Positions 40,649 through 51,219 of a DNA stretch of 64,000 nt are shown in pieces; position 1 is the stretch's first letter; each line of letters begins with the position of its first letter. Made by a program: the position numbers and the translations under genes. The notes below the pieces were generated by a model, which saw only the letters and a list, made by a program, of their open reading frames with translations, was not told the DNA's origin and made no database searches. The DNA is taken from the sequence record NC_031927.1; one strand, given 5' to 3'.

Positions 40649-42784
40649 ATGCACACTAAGAACTTCTATATGCAGATCATTCCAGGTGTGGATAATGCCT
40701 TTGGATTTGGTGATACTGAAGATACGTATGAGCAGCGTCAGAAGGGCTCTGACTACTCTAAGGTGGGTGGCTATGGTTTTGCCCTAGGTCAAAAGAAGTG
40801 GACTACACATGGTTGGTGGGAAGACCAGACAGTCATTGATAGGGCTCACCACCAGGATAAAGAAGTTCATAAATTTATTATGACTTTCCCTACTATGAGG
40901 AAGAAGGACGAGGTATTTACTTTTGAAAAGTCCTCAGGTCTTACTCTTGATATTATTAAGCATAAGATTGACGAGCAGTTCTTTTCTGGTGAGACAACAA
41001 ATCGTGTTGAACTTACTCCACGTAAGCACCAGAGTGAGTTCTTAGCTAAGGTTCAAGCAGAGTATCTTGAGTTCTTACTGTTCGCTAAGTGTAGAGCTGG
41101 TAAGTCTATTATGTCACTACTACACGTAAAAGAGCGAGGATATAAAGTAACTCTTATTGTTGCACGTATGACCTCCCCTAAGGGATCCTGGGAGAGTGAT
41201 AGTCGTGGGTTTACTAACTTCGACAATATGATATTCATTGACCTACAAGGTAATAAGAACTATGCTAAGGAGATTGAGTACTGGACTAATACTAATAAGC
41301 AGGTAGTTCTATTCGACACTGTTCAAGGTGCTATATCTAAGGACTTCAACATTGACTTCCTTATTTACGATGAGGCTCATATTGGAGCTAAGGATACTGC
41401 TAAGCAGTGGAAGTCCCTTAGGTCTATGATTGACTGCCCTATTCTATATGTAACAGGTACTGCCTATAAGATGGCAGATGACTTTAGTGAAGATAATAAG
41501 TTTGTATACTCATACTTTGAGGAGCAGTTAGATAAGAAGAATGGGCTCATTGAGCGCCCTAGTATGAATGTTATCCTAGCTAAGTATGAGACTGAAGAGT
41601 ATCAGGCTATCTATGGAGATGACCCAGATGCTATGAAGAACCTATTCCAGATGGATGGTTCTAAGTTCGCTCAACCAGCACTAGTGAGTGAGTTCATTAA
41701 GATGTACTTTATGAATGACCGTAGTATCCGTAAGTTTAGTGATCGCCTTCTTAATGATAGTAATCACATTTATATGACTCTACCTAGTGTGGCTGCTTGT
41801 TACGCATTCAGTGAGTTGCTAGCATCTACTAGGTTCGCTCCTCTAGTTGTTACTGGAGATAGTAAGAAGTCTAATAAGGATATCAGTAAGCATATTCAAG
41901 AGAACCCCACTGGCTCTATTGTTATCACTCGTACAGCTAACGTTTTAGGTGTTACTGCTGACGTTGATACTGTTATGAATTGTGCTGAAGGTAGCTCTAT
42001 TGAGTTCTGGACACAGTTCGCATTCCGTGGTGGTAGTGGTGACAATGACTGGAGAGTTATTGACTTCGCACCTCAACGTTGTCTTGAGTCTCTCCGTGAG
42101 ATGTATGTCTTAGCGTGTGAGAATGCACCTACTATCAGTGAGTTTGAACTACTTGACTATGTGAACGTTACTGAATGGGATAGGGGCTTCGAGACACTAA
42201 CACAGGAGCAGGTTGAGAACATTCTTGGCTCAGATCCAGCTGGTAGTGTACGTCTAATCTCAGGATTAACAACTGCATTGAATGTAGAACTACTAGCTGG
42301 TATGGGGTTCAATGCTAACCTCACTCCTGTTGATAGTAACATTGCTAAGCAGGTAGTTGTTAATGATAACGAAGCTAACGGTAAAGGTGCTCTTAGTCGC
42401 ACATCTACACCAGAAGAGAAGGAGAAGGCAGAGAGCCTACGTCGTGAGGTTATGCACGTTCAGGCTATTCTTGAGCGTATCCCTCTCTCTATCCTCCATA
42501 GTCATATGTTATCTACTACCATCACTGGTATTGATAGCCTCATCACAAGTGAAGCCTATCTGAATGATACTAGTGATTATGATGGTGTTCTAGCTAAGTA
42601 TATGGAGAAGGATCAGTCGTTCTATCAGCGTCTCAACCGCCGTGTGGCTGCTGTATCTCTCGATATTAAAGCACAGATGAACCGTGATCTAGTACAGACA
42701 CTTGATAAACTGTCCATCTCTGCTACCGCACAGATGCCTATCCCTGCTACACTACTAACTGAAATGCACACCAGTTATGCCTAA
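40649..42784 (+). CDS. SF2 helicase with N-terminal T5orf172/GIY-YIG-like domain (restriction subunit-like)
   Basis: N-terminal FYMQ...FGFGDT...YEQR...DKEVH...DEVF; PRKHQ, KCRAGKS (motif I), DEAH, VTGT (motif III), QFAFRGG (motif VI). Confidence 0.82.
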   Translation: MHTKNFYMQIIPGVDNAFGFGDTEDTYEQRQKGSDYSKVGGYGFALGQKKWTTHGWWEDQTVIDRAHHQDKEVHKFIMTFPTMRKKDEVFTFEKSSGLTLDIIKHKIDEQFFSGETTNRVELTPRKHQSEFLAKVQAEYLEFLLFAKCRAGKSIMSLLHVKERGYKVTLIVARMTSPKGSWESDSRGFTNFDNMIFIDLQGNKNYAKEIEYWTNTNKQVVLFDTVQGAISKDFNIDFLIYDEAHIGAKDTAKQWKSLRSMIDCPILYVTGTAYKMADDFSEDNKFVYSYFEEQLDKKNGLIERPSMNVILAKYETEEYQAIYGDDPDAMKNLFQMDGSKFAQPALVSEFIKMYFMNDRSIRKFSDRLLNDSNHIYMTLPSVAACYAFSELLASTRFAPLVVTGDSKKSNKDISKHIQENPTGSIVITRTANVLGVTADVDTVMNCAEGSSIEFWTQFAFRGGSGDNDWRVIDFAPQRCLESLREMYVLACENAPTISEFELLDYVNVTEWDRGFETLTQEQVENILGSDPAGSVRLISGLTTALNVELLAGMGFNANLTPVDSNIAKQVVVNDNEANGKGALSRTSTPEEKEKAESLRREVMHVQAILERIPLSILHSHMLSTTITGIDSLITSEAYLNDTSDYDGVLAKYMEKDQSFYQRLNRRVAAVSLDIKAQMNRDLVQTLDKLSISATAQMPIPATLLTEMHTSYA

Positions 42785-43823
42785 GCTTCTTATTGTAGGC
42801 GATCCTACGGGCTCCACCTCTCTTGATGCTATCAACAACAGGGGCTGGAGTCCAGAAGATATAACAGTGTGGGAGAACGATCCCCGTCACGTGTATGCTA
42901 TTAAGTGTATTAATGGTATAATAGATATTATATTAGATGACGATAAACTAACTAAACTGAAGGAATGTACTATGAAGTTTGACGTTATTATTGGTAACCC
43001 ACCTTATCAGAATAATACTAAGAATGGTGCTGGTACTGGATCAGGTAGTTCAGCTCTATACTTAGACTTTGTTAGTTTAGCTAAGAGTATTTTGAAGCCT
43101 GGTGGTACCATCTCACTAATTACTCCCACAAGTATTGTAAGTGGTAGTAGTGACAAGACTAAGTATCTTGTAGGTAAAGATGCATTGTATAGTGTGTCTT
43201 CTATTGACTTTACCGCTAACGAGCAGTTCAGCATCGGTGAGCGAGTATGTCGATGGACTGCTACTAATAGTGATGAGAGTATAGTAACTAAACTATCTGA
43301 TGGACGTGAGGTTGACCTTAGAGAGGTTCCTTTTGTTGTTGAGGACTATGAAGTTAGTAATATTGTTCAGTCTCTTCTAGAGGCACCTGGACCACGCATA
43401 GAGTTTTCTAACCGTGGTGGCTTTGCATCTAAGGGTAGCTCTATTAAGACAGATACTCAGACACCACAGACACCATACCTAGTTGACTTCAATGGTAAGG
43501 ATAAGTATGTGTCTGAAAAGTGCAATAACTACCATCAGCCTAAGATCTTTGCCCCTCAGCAGACTAATCCTAAGAACTTTGAGTTCTACTGTGCAGAGGA
43601 TAAAGGTGCTAGTCAGTCAACATACACCTGTCCATTCAATACCATTGAAGAGGCACAAGTAGCCGTTGATATTCTAAACAACCCATACTATCTCTGGATT
43701 GTAAATAAAGTACGTATTGCAAGTCGCTTACGTAAGACACATCTTGACAGATTTCCCATTGTTGATATAGAATCAATCCTAAGCAAAGAGCAAAAGTCCT
43801 ACATTGACAGTAACCCACTATGA
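42777..43823 (+). CDS. Eco57I-like adenine methyltransferase, catalytic (NPPY) + TRD part
   Basis: KFDVIIGNPPY, LYLDFV, LKPGG.ISLITP; motif I region degenerate (IVGDPTGS). Confidence 0.85.
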   Translation: MPKLLIVGDPTGSTSLDAINNRGWSPEDITVWENDPRHVYAIKCINGIIDIILDDDKLTKLKECTMKFDVIIGNPPYQNNTKNGAGTGSGSSALYLDFVSLAKSILKPGGTISLITPTSIVSGSSDKTKYLVGKDALYSVSSIDFTANEQFSIGERVCRWTATNSDESIVTKLSDGREVDLREVPFVVEDYEVSNIVQSLLEAPGPRIEFSNRGGFASKGSSIKTDTQTPQTPYLVDFNGKDKYVSEKCNNYHQPKIFAPQQTNPKNFEFYCAEDKGASQSTYTCPFNTIEEAQVAVDILNNPYYLWIVNKVRIASRLRKTHLDRFPIVDIESILSKEQKSYIDSNPL

Positions 43824-44221
43824 GTAAGAACAAGCATAATGAAAATGTAGGATCGGATATTGTACGTTCTAATGATCGTATTAATGAGACGGGTGAGGTA
43901 TTCACTCCTATGGAACTATGTCGTGAAATGGTCAACGAACTACCACTAGATGTTCTGCAGAATCCTAAGAGCACCTTTTTAGATAATTCTGCTGGTCACG
44001 GTAACTTTATCATCGCTCTCCGCGATAAGCTATTGGAATATCACGAGTTATCACATATCTTAGACAATATGCTCTATGCTGTTGAGTTTATGGAGGATAA
44101 TCACGCCGAGTTGTGTGAGAGAATAGGTGTGCCTGTTACTCACCCACATTATGTTAGAGCTGATGCTACCACATATGATTATAGCTTTGGTGAGCCTATA
44201 GGATTAGAGGCATTCTTCTAG
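43820..44221 (+). CDS. Short methyltransferase SAM-binding subunit (motifs X-I-II, no NPPY)
   Basis: GEVFTP, FLDNSAGHGNF, MLYAVE; no catalytic motif IV in 133 aa. Confidence 0.85.
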   Translation: MSKNKHNENVGSDIVRSNDRINETGEVFTPMELCREMVNELPLDVLQNPKSTFLDNSAGHGNFIIALRDKLLEYHELSHILDNMLYAVEFMEDNHAELCERIGVPVTHPHYVRADATTYDYSFGEPIGLEAFF

Positions 44222-44296
44222 CCACTTTGAGTAGTGTCCACTGCCCCAACACAGGGGCATTTTTAATGTTATGATTTATCCATCAGCTTAACGCAT

Positions 44297-44614
44297 ATGA
44301 TCGAAGCTATCGCAGCTCCAAACACACAGGTCACTGAAGAGGGTGGACTCTTCTACATCTCTATGAGCGTTGGTGCTGATGAGGTATGCACTGCTTGTTA
44401 TATGCGCGACAAGGCGCAGAGAGTGGTCATTATCCAATTAGATACACCAGTGGAGTATAGAGGCAATGGCTACGCCACAGCCCTCCTGGAGGGCATACAG
44501 AGGCGTGAGAAGACTGGTCCTATCCGTGTGATTAGTACTAGCCATGCCGTTGGTTTCTACAATAAGCTAGGATACATTGAAGTATCACCATACGTGTTCC
44601 AAAGCTCAAACTGA
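44297..44614 (+). CDS. GNAT-family acetyltransferase
   Basis: EYRGNGYATALL motif A and AVGFYNKLGY motif B. Confidence 0.88.
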   Translation: MIEAIAAPNTQVTEEGGLFYISMSVGADEVCTACYMRDKAQRVVIIQLDTPVEYRGNGYATALLEGIQRREKTGPIRVISTSHAVGFYNKLGYIEVSPYVFQSSN

Positions 44615-44675
44615 CCACTGAACCCCCACAGGGCACCTAAATGCCCTATACTATTCACATAAGCAACGGACACCA

Positions 44676-45569
44676 ATGACCAAGAACCTACACCTTGAGC
44701 ACCCAGAAGACCTTATCTTGTCTGGTGACCTATCAGTGCTTGACTGGTTCTCTACTATCTCCACCACCAGTGTGAAGATGGACGGCAGTGTAGCCATTGT
44801 ATGGGGCATCAACCCAGAGAATGGTAAGTTTTTCGTAGGTAAGAAGTCAGTATTCAATAAGAAGAAGGTTGAGATATGCTATACACCACAAGATATTAGG
44901 AAGTTCTACGGTGACCGTGAGGAACTAGCAGACATTCTCCTCACTTGCCTTGACTTCTTGCCCCGCACTGGTGGTATCTATCAAGGTGACTTCATTGGGC
45001 TGGGTGGTAACTCAAAATACACACCTAACACCATCACATATGACTTTGGCGCTCCTGTTGAGGAAGTCATTATCATTGCTCCTCACACATACTATGTTGG
45101 TGATACTATCAAGGGATGTGTTGCTCACCCACTATCACACCAATTAGAATCAACTGGTGATGTTCTGTTTGTTCAGCCTACCGTTGATTGTAAGTGTACC
45201 TTCTATGATTCTGTTGATGCTATCCGCACATCAGTGAAGAAGTCCAAGTTCTTGACTGATAAATCAGCAAAAGAGGTTCGTGTTATACTTAACGCATTCG
45301 TTCGCGAAGGTAAGTCCATCAGCCCACAACTACTAGAGCAAGTTGTAGGTGACTGGAATCTCACTATGTCCTACTTCCAAATCATTGACCTAAAGGAGCA
45401 GATGATGGAAGCTATGATAGTATATGATGGACCAAAGGCATTCATTGGTGATATGCCCGTAGCTTGCGAAGGCTATGTTCGCACCAATCGCCACGGTTCT
45501 ATGAAACTGGTTGATCGCTACCAGTTCGCACAAGCTAACTTCAACAACACCCGATTCAGGTCAAACTAA
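44676..45569 (+). CDS. Nucleotidyltransferase/RNA-ligase-like protein
   Basis: KMDGS (KxDG), YQGDF, CEGYV and MKLV match ligase motifs I, III, IV, V in order. Confidence 0.55.
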   Translation: MTKNLHLEHPEDLILSGDLSVLDWFSTISTTSVKMDGSVAIVWGINPENGKFFVGKKSVFNKKKVEICYTPQDIRKFYGDREELADILLTCLDFLPRTGGIYQGDFIGLGGNSKYTPNTITYDFGAPVEEVIIIAPHTYYVGDTIKGCVAHPLSHQLESTGDVLFVQPTVDCKCTFYDSVDAIRTSVKKSKFLTDKSAKEVRVILNAFVREGKSISPQLLEQVVGDWNLTMSYFQIIDLKEQMMEAMIVYDGPKAFIGDMPVACEGYVRTNRHGSMKLVDRYQFAQANFNNTRFRSN

Positions 45570-45861
45570 TGGATTGCACTAGATGTCTACACTACTATGA
45601 AATACGTGGGAGAAAGATATGTCGCTCTCCCCATCTTGATGAGGAAGCACCTGTTGAACAGGAGAGATCTAGTTTAGGTCAATGCAATCAAGATGGAAAG
45701 AACTTTGAATTTTGTGTTTATAGGAAGGCACGTCACGTGTTTTGGGGCTCAATATATGATGAAAATGCAACTAGACTAGACCACTATCCAAACTGACCAC
45801 TAACGTTCCACAAGGCACACAGATGCCTTATACTACATACATAGCAAACGAGGCTTACTAA

Positions 45862-46191
45862 ATGCTTATCAACTGGACAGATGAAGAGAGAGCAGCCGCT
45901 ACCCGTGGTGATGTAAACATCTTCATCCTCAACACCACTCCACAAGCTATCAAGGAGATGGACAAAGAACTACCCACTGATACACATATCATTGAGTACG
46001 TTATTGATGGTGAGACATCCTATGATGCTGTTAGAGGCTATAAGATGAGCGATATCTTCAATGTATACCACGATAAGTTTAGAAGAGACGACATCACTGC
46101 TCAAGTCATTAGTATCAAGAGTGGCTATGGTGTTATCAAACCCAAGCTTTATGGCTATCAAGCCGTTGAATCATCCAAGAAAACCAAGTAA
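45862..46191 (+). CDS. Hypothetical protein
   Basis: ATG after the repeat promoter at 45781. Confidence 0.72.
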   Translation: MLINWTDEERAAATRGDVNIFILNTTPQAIKEMDKELPTDTHIIEYVIDGETSYDAVRGYKMSDIFNVYHDKFRRDDITAQVISIKSGYGVIKPKLYGYQAVESSKKTK

Positions 46192-46197
46192 TTCATT

Positions 46198-46575
46198 ATG
46201 ACTAACACAACACCCGATCCAATAGACAATCTTCCTTATCAACCCGTTGCTCGTGATAGAAATGCTGAACAGCAACGCTTCCAGGAGCGCGTCCTAGTGC
46301 GCTCCACAGCCACTGGTTTCGAGCAGGGCATTGCTGCTATGGCTGGGCTGTTTACGGCTGGTCCTCTGGGCTCTCTGGCTGCCTGGGGGGCTCTCCGTGG
46401 TCTCCAAGGTAAGTGGGCACCCTGGTTCATCCTAGGCATCCCTGCTTCTGTTGCTCTCAACGTAGTTCAGTTGCTTATTATTGCTGCTATCTTTGGGGCA
46501 GTTGAGCCAGAAGCTGGAACAGACTATGAAGCACACCACATACAGGAGCAGCAAGAGCAAGTAACGAACATTTAA
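46198..46575 (+). CDS. Membrane protein
   Basis: Two hydrophobic Gly/Ala-rich segments. Confidence 0.7.
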   Translation: MTNTTPDPIDNLPYQPVARDRNAEQQRFQERVLVRSTATGFEQGIAAMAGLFTAGPLGSLAAWGALRGLQGKWAPWFILGIPASVALNVVQLLIIAAIFGAVEPEAGTDYEAHHIQEQQEQVTNI

Positions 46576-46844
46576 GTTTGTCTTGATTGGAGCACAAAAG
46601 TCTGTTATAATATGTGTGTAAATACTAACAGAGTAATTCATATAATAATGAGACACAATAACACAGACGCACTGATAAATGATTGCGAAGACTACCTACT
46701 ACACAGATATATTCCAATACATTCATATACAGGAGATGAAATCATAAAGCAAGCCATTAAGGAAGGTTATATGATGGACCTATTTTATAGACACTACTCA
46801 AAGTGACTACGGGGGGCAATATGCCCTCTTTTTTATGATATAAT

Positions 46845-47633
46845 ATGGAAACCAATTCAGAAACTATGAACAAGCTACTCAATGGTGAATGTCTTGAAGT
46901 TATGAAGACACTAGCTGATAATTCAATTGATATGGTTTTCTGTGACCTACCTTATGGTACTACACAGAACTCTTGGGATACTATCATCCCATTCGATGAG
47001 TTGTGGGCAGAGTATCATCGTATCGTCAAGATTGATGGTGCTATTGTACTAACAGCACAACCACCATTTGATAAGGTCTTAGCTTGTTCAAATCTAAAAG
47101 ACTTCCGTTATGAATGGATATGGGAGAAGAATAAAGCAACTGGGCACCTAAATGCTAAGAAGATGCCTATGAAGGCACACGAGAACATACTAGTATTTTA
47201 TAGAAAGCTTCCTACATATAACCCACAGATGACCACAGGTCATAAGCCAATGAATGCAGTATTGCCTAAGAGCAATATGCCTGCACCAAAGGAGAAGAGA
47301 AACTATAACCACGTAGAAGAGCGACTAGGTAATCCTGGTGGTGGAACTAGTAGGTATCCAAGAGATACTGTTAGGTTCCCCGTTATCAACAATGATGACC
47401 CAAAGAAGTTCCACCCAACACAGAAACCTATCCCCTTGATTGAGTACTTCATCAAGACATATTCTAATCCAGGTGATGTTGTACTAGACAATTGTATGGG
47501 CTCAGGTTCTACCTGTATTGCTGCATCTAATCTAGATCGACAGTTTGTTGGTATTGAGATGAGTGAGGAATATTACAACCTAGCAGTTGAGTGGGTCGAA
47601 TCCGAACGTAGACTCACCCAGTTCTTTAACTGA
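46845..47633 (+). CDS. Beta-class N6-adenine/N4-cytosine DNA methyltransferase
   Basis: GECLEVM, DLPYG (motif IV), KAHENILVF, HPTQKP, VLDNCMGSGST (motif I after IV). Confidence 0.95.
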   Translation: METNSETMNKLLNGECLEVMKTLADNSIDMVFCDLPYGTTQNSWDTIIPFDELWAEYHRIVKIDGAIVLTAQPPFDKVLACSNLKDFRYEWIWEKNKATGHLNAKKMPMKAHENILVFYRKLPTYNPQMTTGHKPMNAVLPKSNMPAPKEKRNYNHVEERLGNPGGGTSRYPRDTVRFPVINNDDPKKFHPTQKPIPLIEYFIKTYSNPGDVVLDNCMGSGSTCIAASNLDRQFVGIEMSEEYYNLAVEWVESERRLTQFFN

Positions 47634-47694
47634 CCACTGAACCACCACAGGGCACCCAAATGCCCTATACTATATTCATCAACCAAAGGGAACA

Positions 47695-47862
47695 ATGATC
47701 AAGTCACAAGTTCAGCGCATCGTTCGCGAAGTAGCTACTACTCAAGGTGCTACGCTCACACGTGATGAGAAGTGGTCCGTGTTCCTTAACGTCTGTGATG
47801 GTCTCTATCGTGACGGGCGCATCACACTCAAGCAACACGACAACTGGACATCCCCTTTCTGA
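47695..47862 (+). CDS. Small hypothetical protein (55 aa)
   Basis: Manual ORF MIKSQVQRIVREVA...NWTSPF after repeat promoter and AAGGGAAC RBS. Confidence 0.7.
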   Translation: MIKSQVQRIVREVATTQGATLTRDEKWSVFLNVCDGLYRDGRITLKQHDNWTSPF

Positions 47863-48013
47863 GTATAACAATGATCACCCAAGACGACCGCGATTTCGTA
47901 AACTTTCTGTTCGGTAAGTTGCTTACTGAGACAGATACTGATATGATTGATCTACACGATGACGATACTGCTGGTATCGACGCACTTGAATTTGAACAAC
48001 TCACCCTCGCTAT

Positions 48014-48367
48014 TTGATTATGAGCATCCTTACACAAGAGTCTACACAAAAACTTGCTGAGGCTATTGCACAAGATGTATTCGCATACATCTCCGAAGAT
48101 GGTCGCTACCTTGACGGTGTGATGAACACCATTGAGCCTGCTATTGTACACGTTATTGGTCAAACAAGCCCCGAGCTAGTTGGTGAGCTTGGTTGCGCTA
48201 TTATGGGTATGATTTGTATCCCTAGTGACCCAGATGTATACCAAGATGACCTATGGAAGACACGATATGAGCGACTCTATCGCTATGTGAAGCACACATA
48301 TGCTGAGAGTTACATTGATGGTGCTGAGTATGGTATAATTGCTAGTGATGAAGTTTACGGATACTGA
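48014..48367 (+). CDS. Hypothetical protein
   Basis: ORF track; co-oriented cluster. Confidence 0.65.
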   Translation: MIMSILTQESTQKLAEAIAQDVFAYISEDGRYLDGVMNTIEPAIVHVIGQTSPELVGELGCAIMGMICIPSDPDVYQDDLWKTRYERLYRYVKHTYAESYIDGAEYGIIASDEVYGY

Positions 48368-48563
48368 TTATGCCTGCACATAGTAATATGGGTCAATATA
48401 GACTCACTGATATTCAGGTAGATCTTATTCTCCATTGTTTGGAGTATACAAGAAACCTTACTATTGAGGAAGACAATGAGAGGAGGAAGATTGTAGAATC
48501 ACTACAGTCTGGAGTATTACCACCACCACCTCATACCATAGAAGAAGACCCCTACGCCAACTA

Positions 48564-48959
48564 TTGCGACATCTAATGCCTAAAACAAAGCAACCCAAAC
48601 TAACACAAGAAGAGCTATTCCCTCACGGTAGGGAGTTTGGCTATCGCCTACAACTTGAAGAGCGTATTGAAGGTCTAGGAACTATTGCTTGGTTTCAGTG
48701 TGAGTTCCACTTGACTAAACACGTAGAAAGATATAGAATAACCAAAGGTAAAATTGATGTGATGAAAGGGGCAACCCCCCTCACCAAAGACCCATTTACC
48801 CCTAAACGTACTAGGAAGGCTAGTGGTACCAAGGCATCTCAAGCATCAAAAACCAAAAAACCTGTAAAAACAGCAGCCAAGACCAAGAGTACCCCTCGCA
48901 CATCTAAAACTGCTAAAAAAGAGGTTTTTAGTAATCTAGACACATTCTTTTCTAAATGA
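48564..48959 (+). CDS. Hypothetical protein with Lys/Thr-rich basic tail
   Basis: WFQCEFHL.KHVERY core; KTKKPVKTAAKTK histone-like tail. Confidence 0.65.
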   Translation: MRHLMPKTKQPKLTQEELFPHGREFGYRLQLEERIEGLGTIAWFQCEFHLTKHVERYRITKGKIDVMKGATPLTKDPFTPKRTRKASGTKASQASKTKKPVKTAAKTKSTPRTSKTAKKEVFSNLDTFFSK

Positions 48960-50034
48960 ATAACCCATTGAGTGCTATAAAGCACACTAGAACAACATAT
49001 AGTAGGCAATATCAGAAAAACTATGTTGAGGTATTAGTCCAATTTAAGGATGAGCCTGAAGCATGGATACCCCTTGAAACTTTACTAGCACTTAAAGAAC
49101 AATGATTGAACTATTCAGTACAGTAAATTTTACTCCATTAGAAGCTTCTAAAGCAGCACTTTTAGCGTTGCTGATTGGTGGCATAGTCTACTACGCCATA
49201 TTTTTTTTGCTTCAAAAATGGATTTCTTTATCTGTTAGACTTGAAAGTCCTTGGTCAGAAATTGTATTTTATGTTCCGCTTATTTTTGGAGCATGGCTCG
49301 CTGTTTTCTCCGCTTTAATTTCCAAATGATTGAACTATCTCTTATCACACTACTCAATACAATGGCTCCACGCTATTGTGAATACAAGCGTAGTGGCTTA
49401 AATGATACAAAAGCAACTCTACTATCATACAGTGAGATGCATGACGAATACCCATCAGCTGCTATTAGAAAGGCAGTGCTTAATGGTAGGGGATTAGAAG
49501 CAATTGCTGTCGCTATGGTAGCAACAACTTGTCCACTTGATGCAATAAAAGACAATGACTAAACCACTCAAAACATATCACGTTAAGGTAAAGTTCCTTG
49601 ATGACCTAAAGTATGGTGAGTTTATCACAGCACCATCAGAAAAAGAAGCCCTCAAACTATTTGTAGAGGAGTATTTGTATGTTGCATCGGAGAGGGAAGA
49701 ATGAACAATAAACTATATGAACAGCACGATGATGAGAGTATTGAAGCACTCAATACTATCGACACATTGAAGCGTAGGATTATTGAATTAGAAGCAGAGA
49801 TTGTAACACTTAAAGCACGAATGAGGGATATGGGATGAGTTTTTCACCAGCACTAGGTATATTAGTTGAGTATAAGGGAAGCGTAGGTGAGATTAAGTTC
49901 ATTGATGACGTATATCTCACCATATGCACAAAGAGTAAGACTGATGGGATGATAGGTGACCTATGTTTGGTTGTCTACAAGCCAGAATGGGACCTAATCA
50001 AGATGATTGGTGATCGTAATAGACAGTAAGTAAA

Positions 50035-50739
50035 GTGTCCACTGCCCTCAGTGGTATTCTTCCTATTCTCTTGAGACAAGAATTTCCAGATGCTGAAATT
50101 TGCTGCCTTGAGTATAATAATATGTTTGTAAAACATCTAGAAACTCTTGGCTTTATCACTTATACATCTAAAGACACACTTCCTATGAATTTTGACTTAA
50201 CTATAGGCAACCCACCATATGGGAATAGAGCTTCATTAGCAATTAAGTTTGTTAATAAGGGGTTAGAGTTATCTGGTCGTGTTGATATGGTACTACCCCT
50301 ATCATTTAATAAACCATCAATACAAAACTCAATTGACCCATATTCTGAATGTATATTCAGCGAAGAACTACCTGCCGATACATTCCCCAATGGAATTAGG
50401 GCAGTCCGCCAAATATGGGTAAAGTCAAAGACTAAGAGGGAGCTAGTTCCCCTACCAACTACACACTCAGACTTTGAGTTTATTAAATGGGAAGATAGAG
50501 ACACTGCCGACCTAATGATTGGGGCAGTAGGCTCTGGTCCTTCTGGTAGAGTCTACACAGAGAACTTCAGTCATTATCAATGCAAGCATAGTTTCATTAA
50601 ATGTAAGTCTCAGGAGATTATTGATAGGTTGGTTGAGATGGGACCTGAACTGAGAGAAACTTCTAAAGCTCAAAATGGTAGAGGTGGTGTATGTAAGTCT
50701 GATATTGTTACACTGTACATTAGTAAGTATGATTCATGA
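50035..50739 (+). CDS. Second Eco57I-like methyltransferase catalytic (NPPY) + TRD part
   Basis: NFDLTIGNPPYG, LAIKFVNKG, VLPLSF; no intact FxGxG; start uncertain (GTG lies inside a repeat dyad). Confidence 0.82.
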   Translation: MSTALSGILPILLRQEFPDAEICCLEYNNMFVKHLETLGFITYTSKDTLPMNFDLTIGNPPYGNRASLAIKFVNKGLELSGRVDMVLPLSFNKPSIQNSIDPYSECIFSEELPADTFPNGIRAVRQIWVKSKTKRELVPLPTTHSDFEFIKWEDRDTADLMIGAVGSGPSGRVYTENFSHYQCKHSFIKCKSQEIIDRLVEMGPELRETSKAQNGRGGVCKSDIVTLYISKYDS

Positions 50740-51137
50740 GTAAGAACAGGCACAACCTGGATGTTGGTTCATCCATTGATAGAAGCGATGAGCGTATTGC
50801 AGAGACACAAGAGGTATTCACTCCCATTTCTCTATGTGCATCTATGGTCAATGATATTGATGAAGATACACTCAAGAATCCATCCAGTAAGTTTCTAGAC
50901 AACTCTGCTGGTTCTGGCAACTTCTTGGTTGCCCTCCGCGATGAGCTATTGGAATATCACGAGTTATCACATATCTTAGATAATATGCTATATGCGGTTG
51001 AGCTTATGGAAGACAATCACGCCGAGTTATGTGAGAGGTTAGGTGTTCCTGTCACCCATCCACACTATGTCTGCCACAATGCACTCACATATGATTATAG
51101 CTTCGGTGAGCTTGTAGGATTAGAGGCATTCTTCTAG
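50736..51137 (+). CDS. Second short methyltransferase SAM-binding subunit, paralogue of 43820-44221
   Basis: EVFTP, FLDNSAGSGNF; the C-terminal half is nearly identical to 43820-44221 in both protein and DNA. Confidence 0.88.
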   Translation: MSKNRHNLDVGSSIDRSDERIAETQEVFTPISLCASMVNDIDEDTLKNPSSKFLDNSAGSGNFLVALRDELLEYHELSHILDNMLYAVELMEDNHAELCERLGVPVTHPHYVCHNALTYDYSFGELVGLEAFF

Positions 51138-51219
51138 CCACTTTCAATAGTGTCCACTAATACACCACAGCCCACCTAGGTGGGTTATACTATATTCAAC
51201 AAGCAAAGCAAACTAGCCA

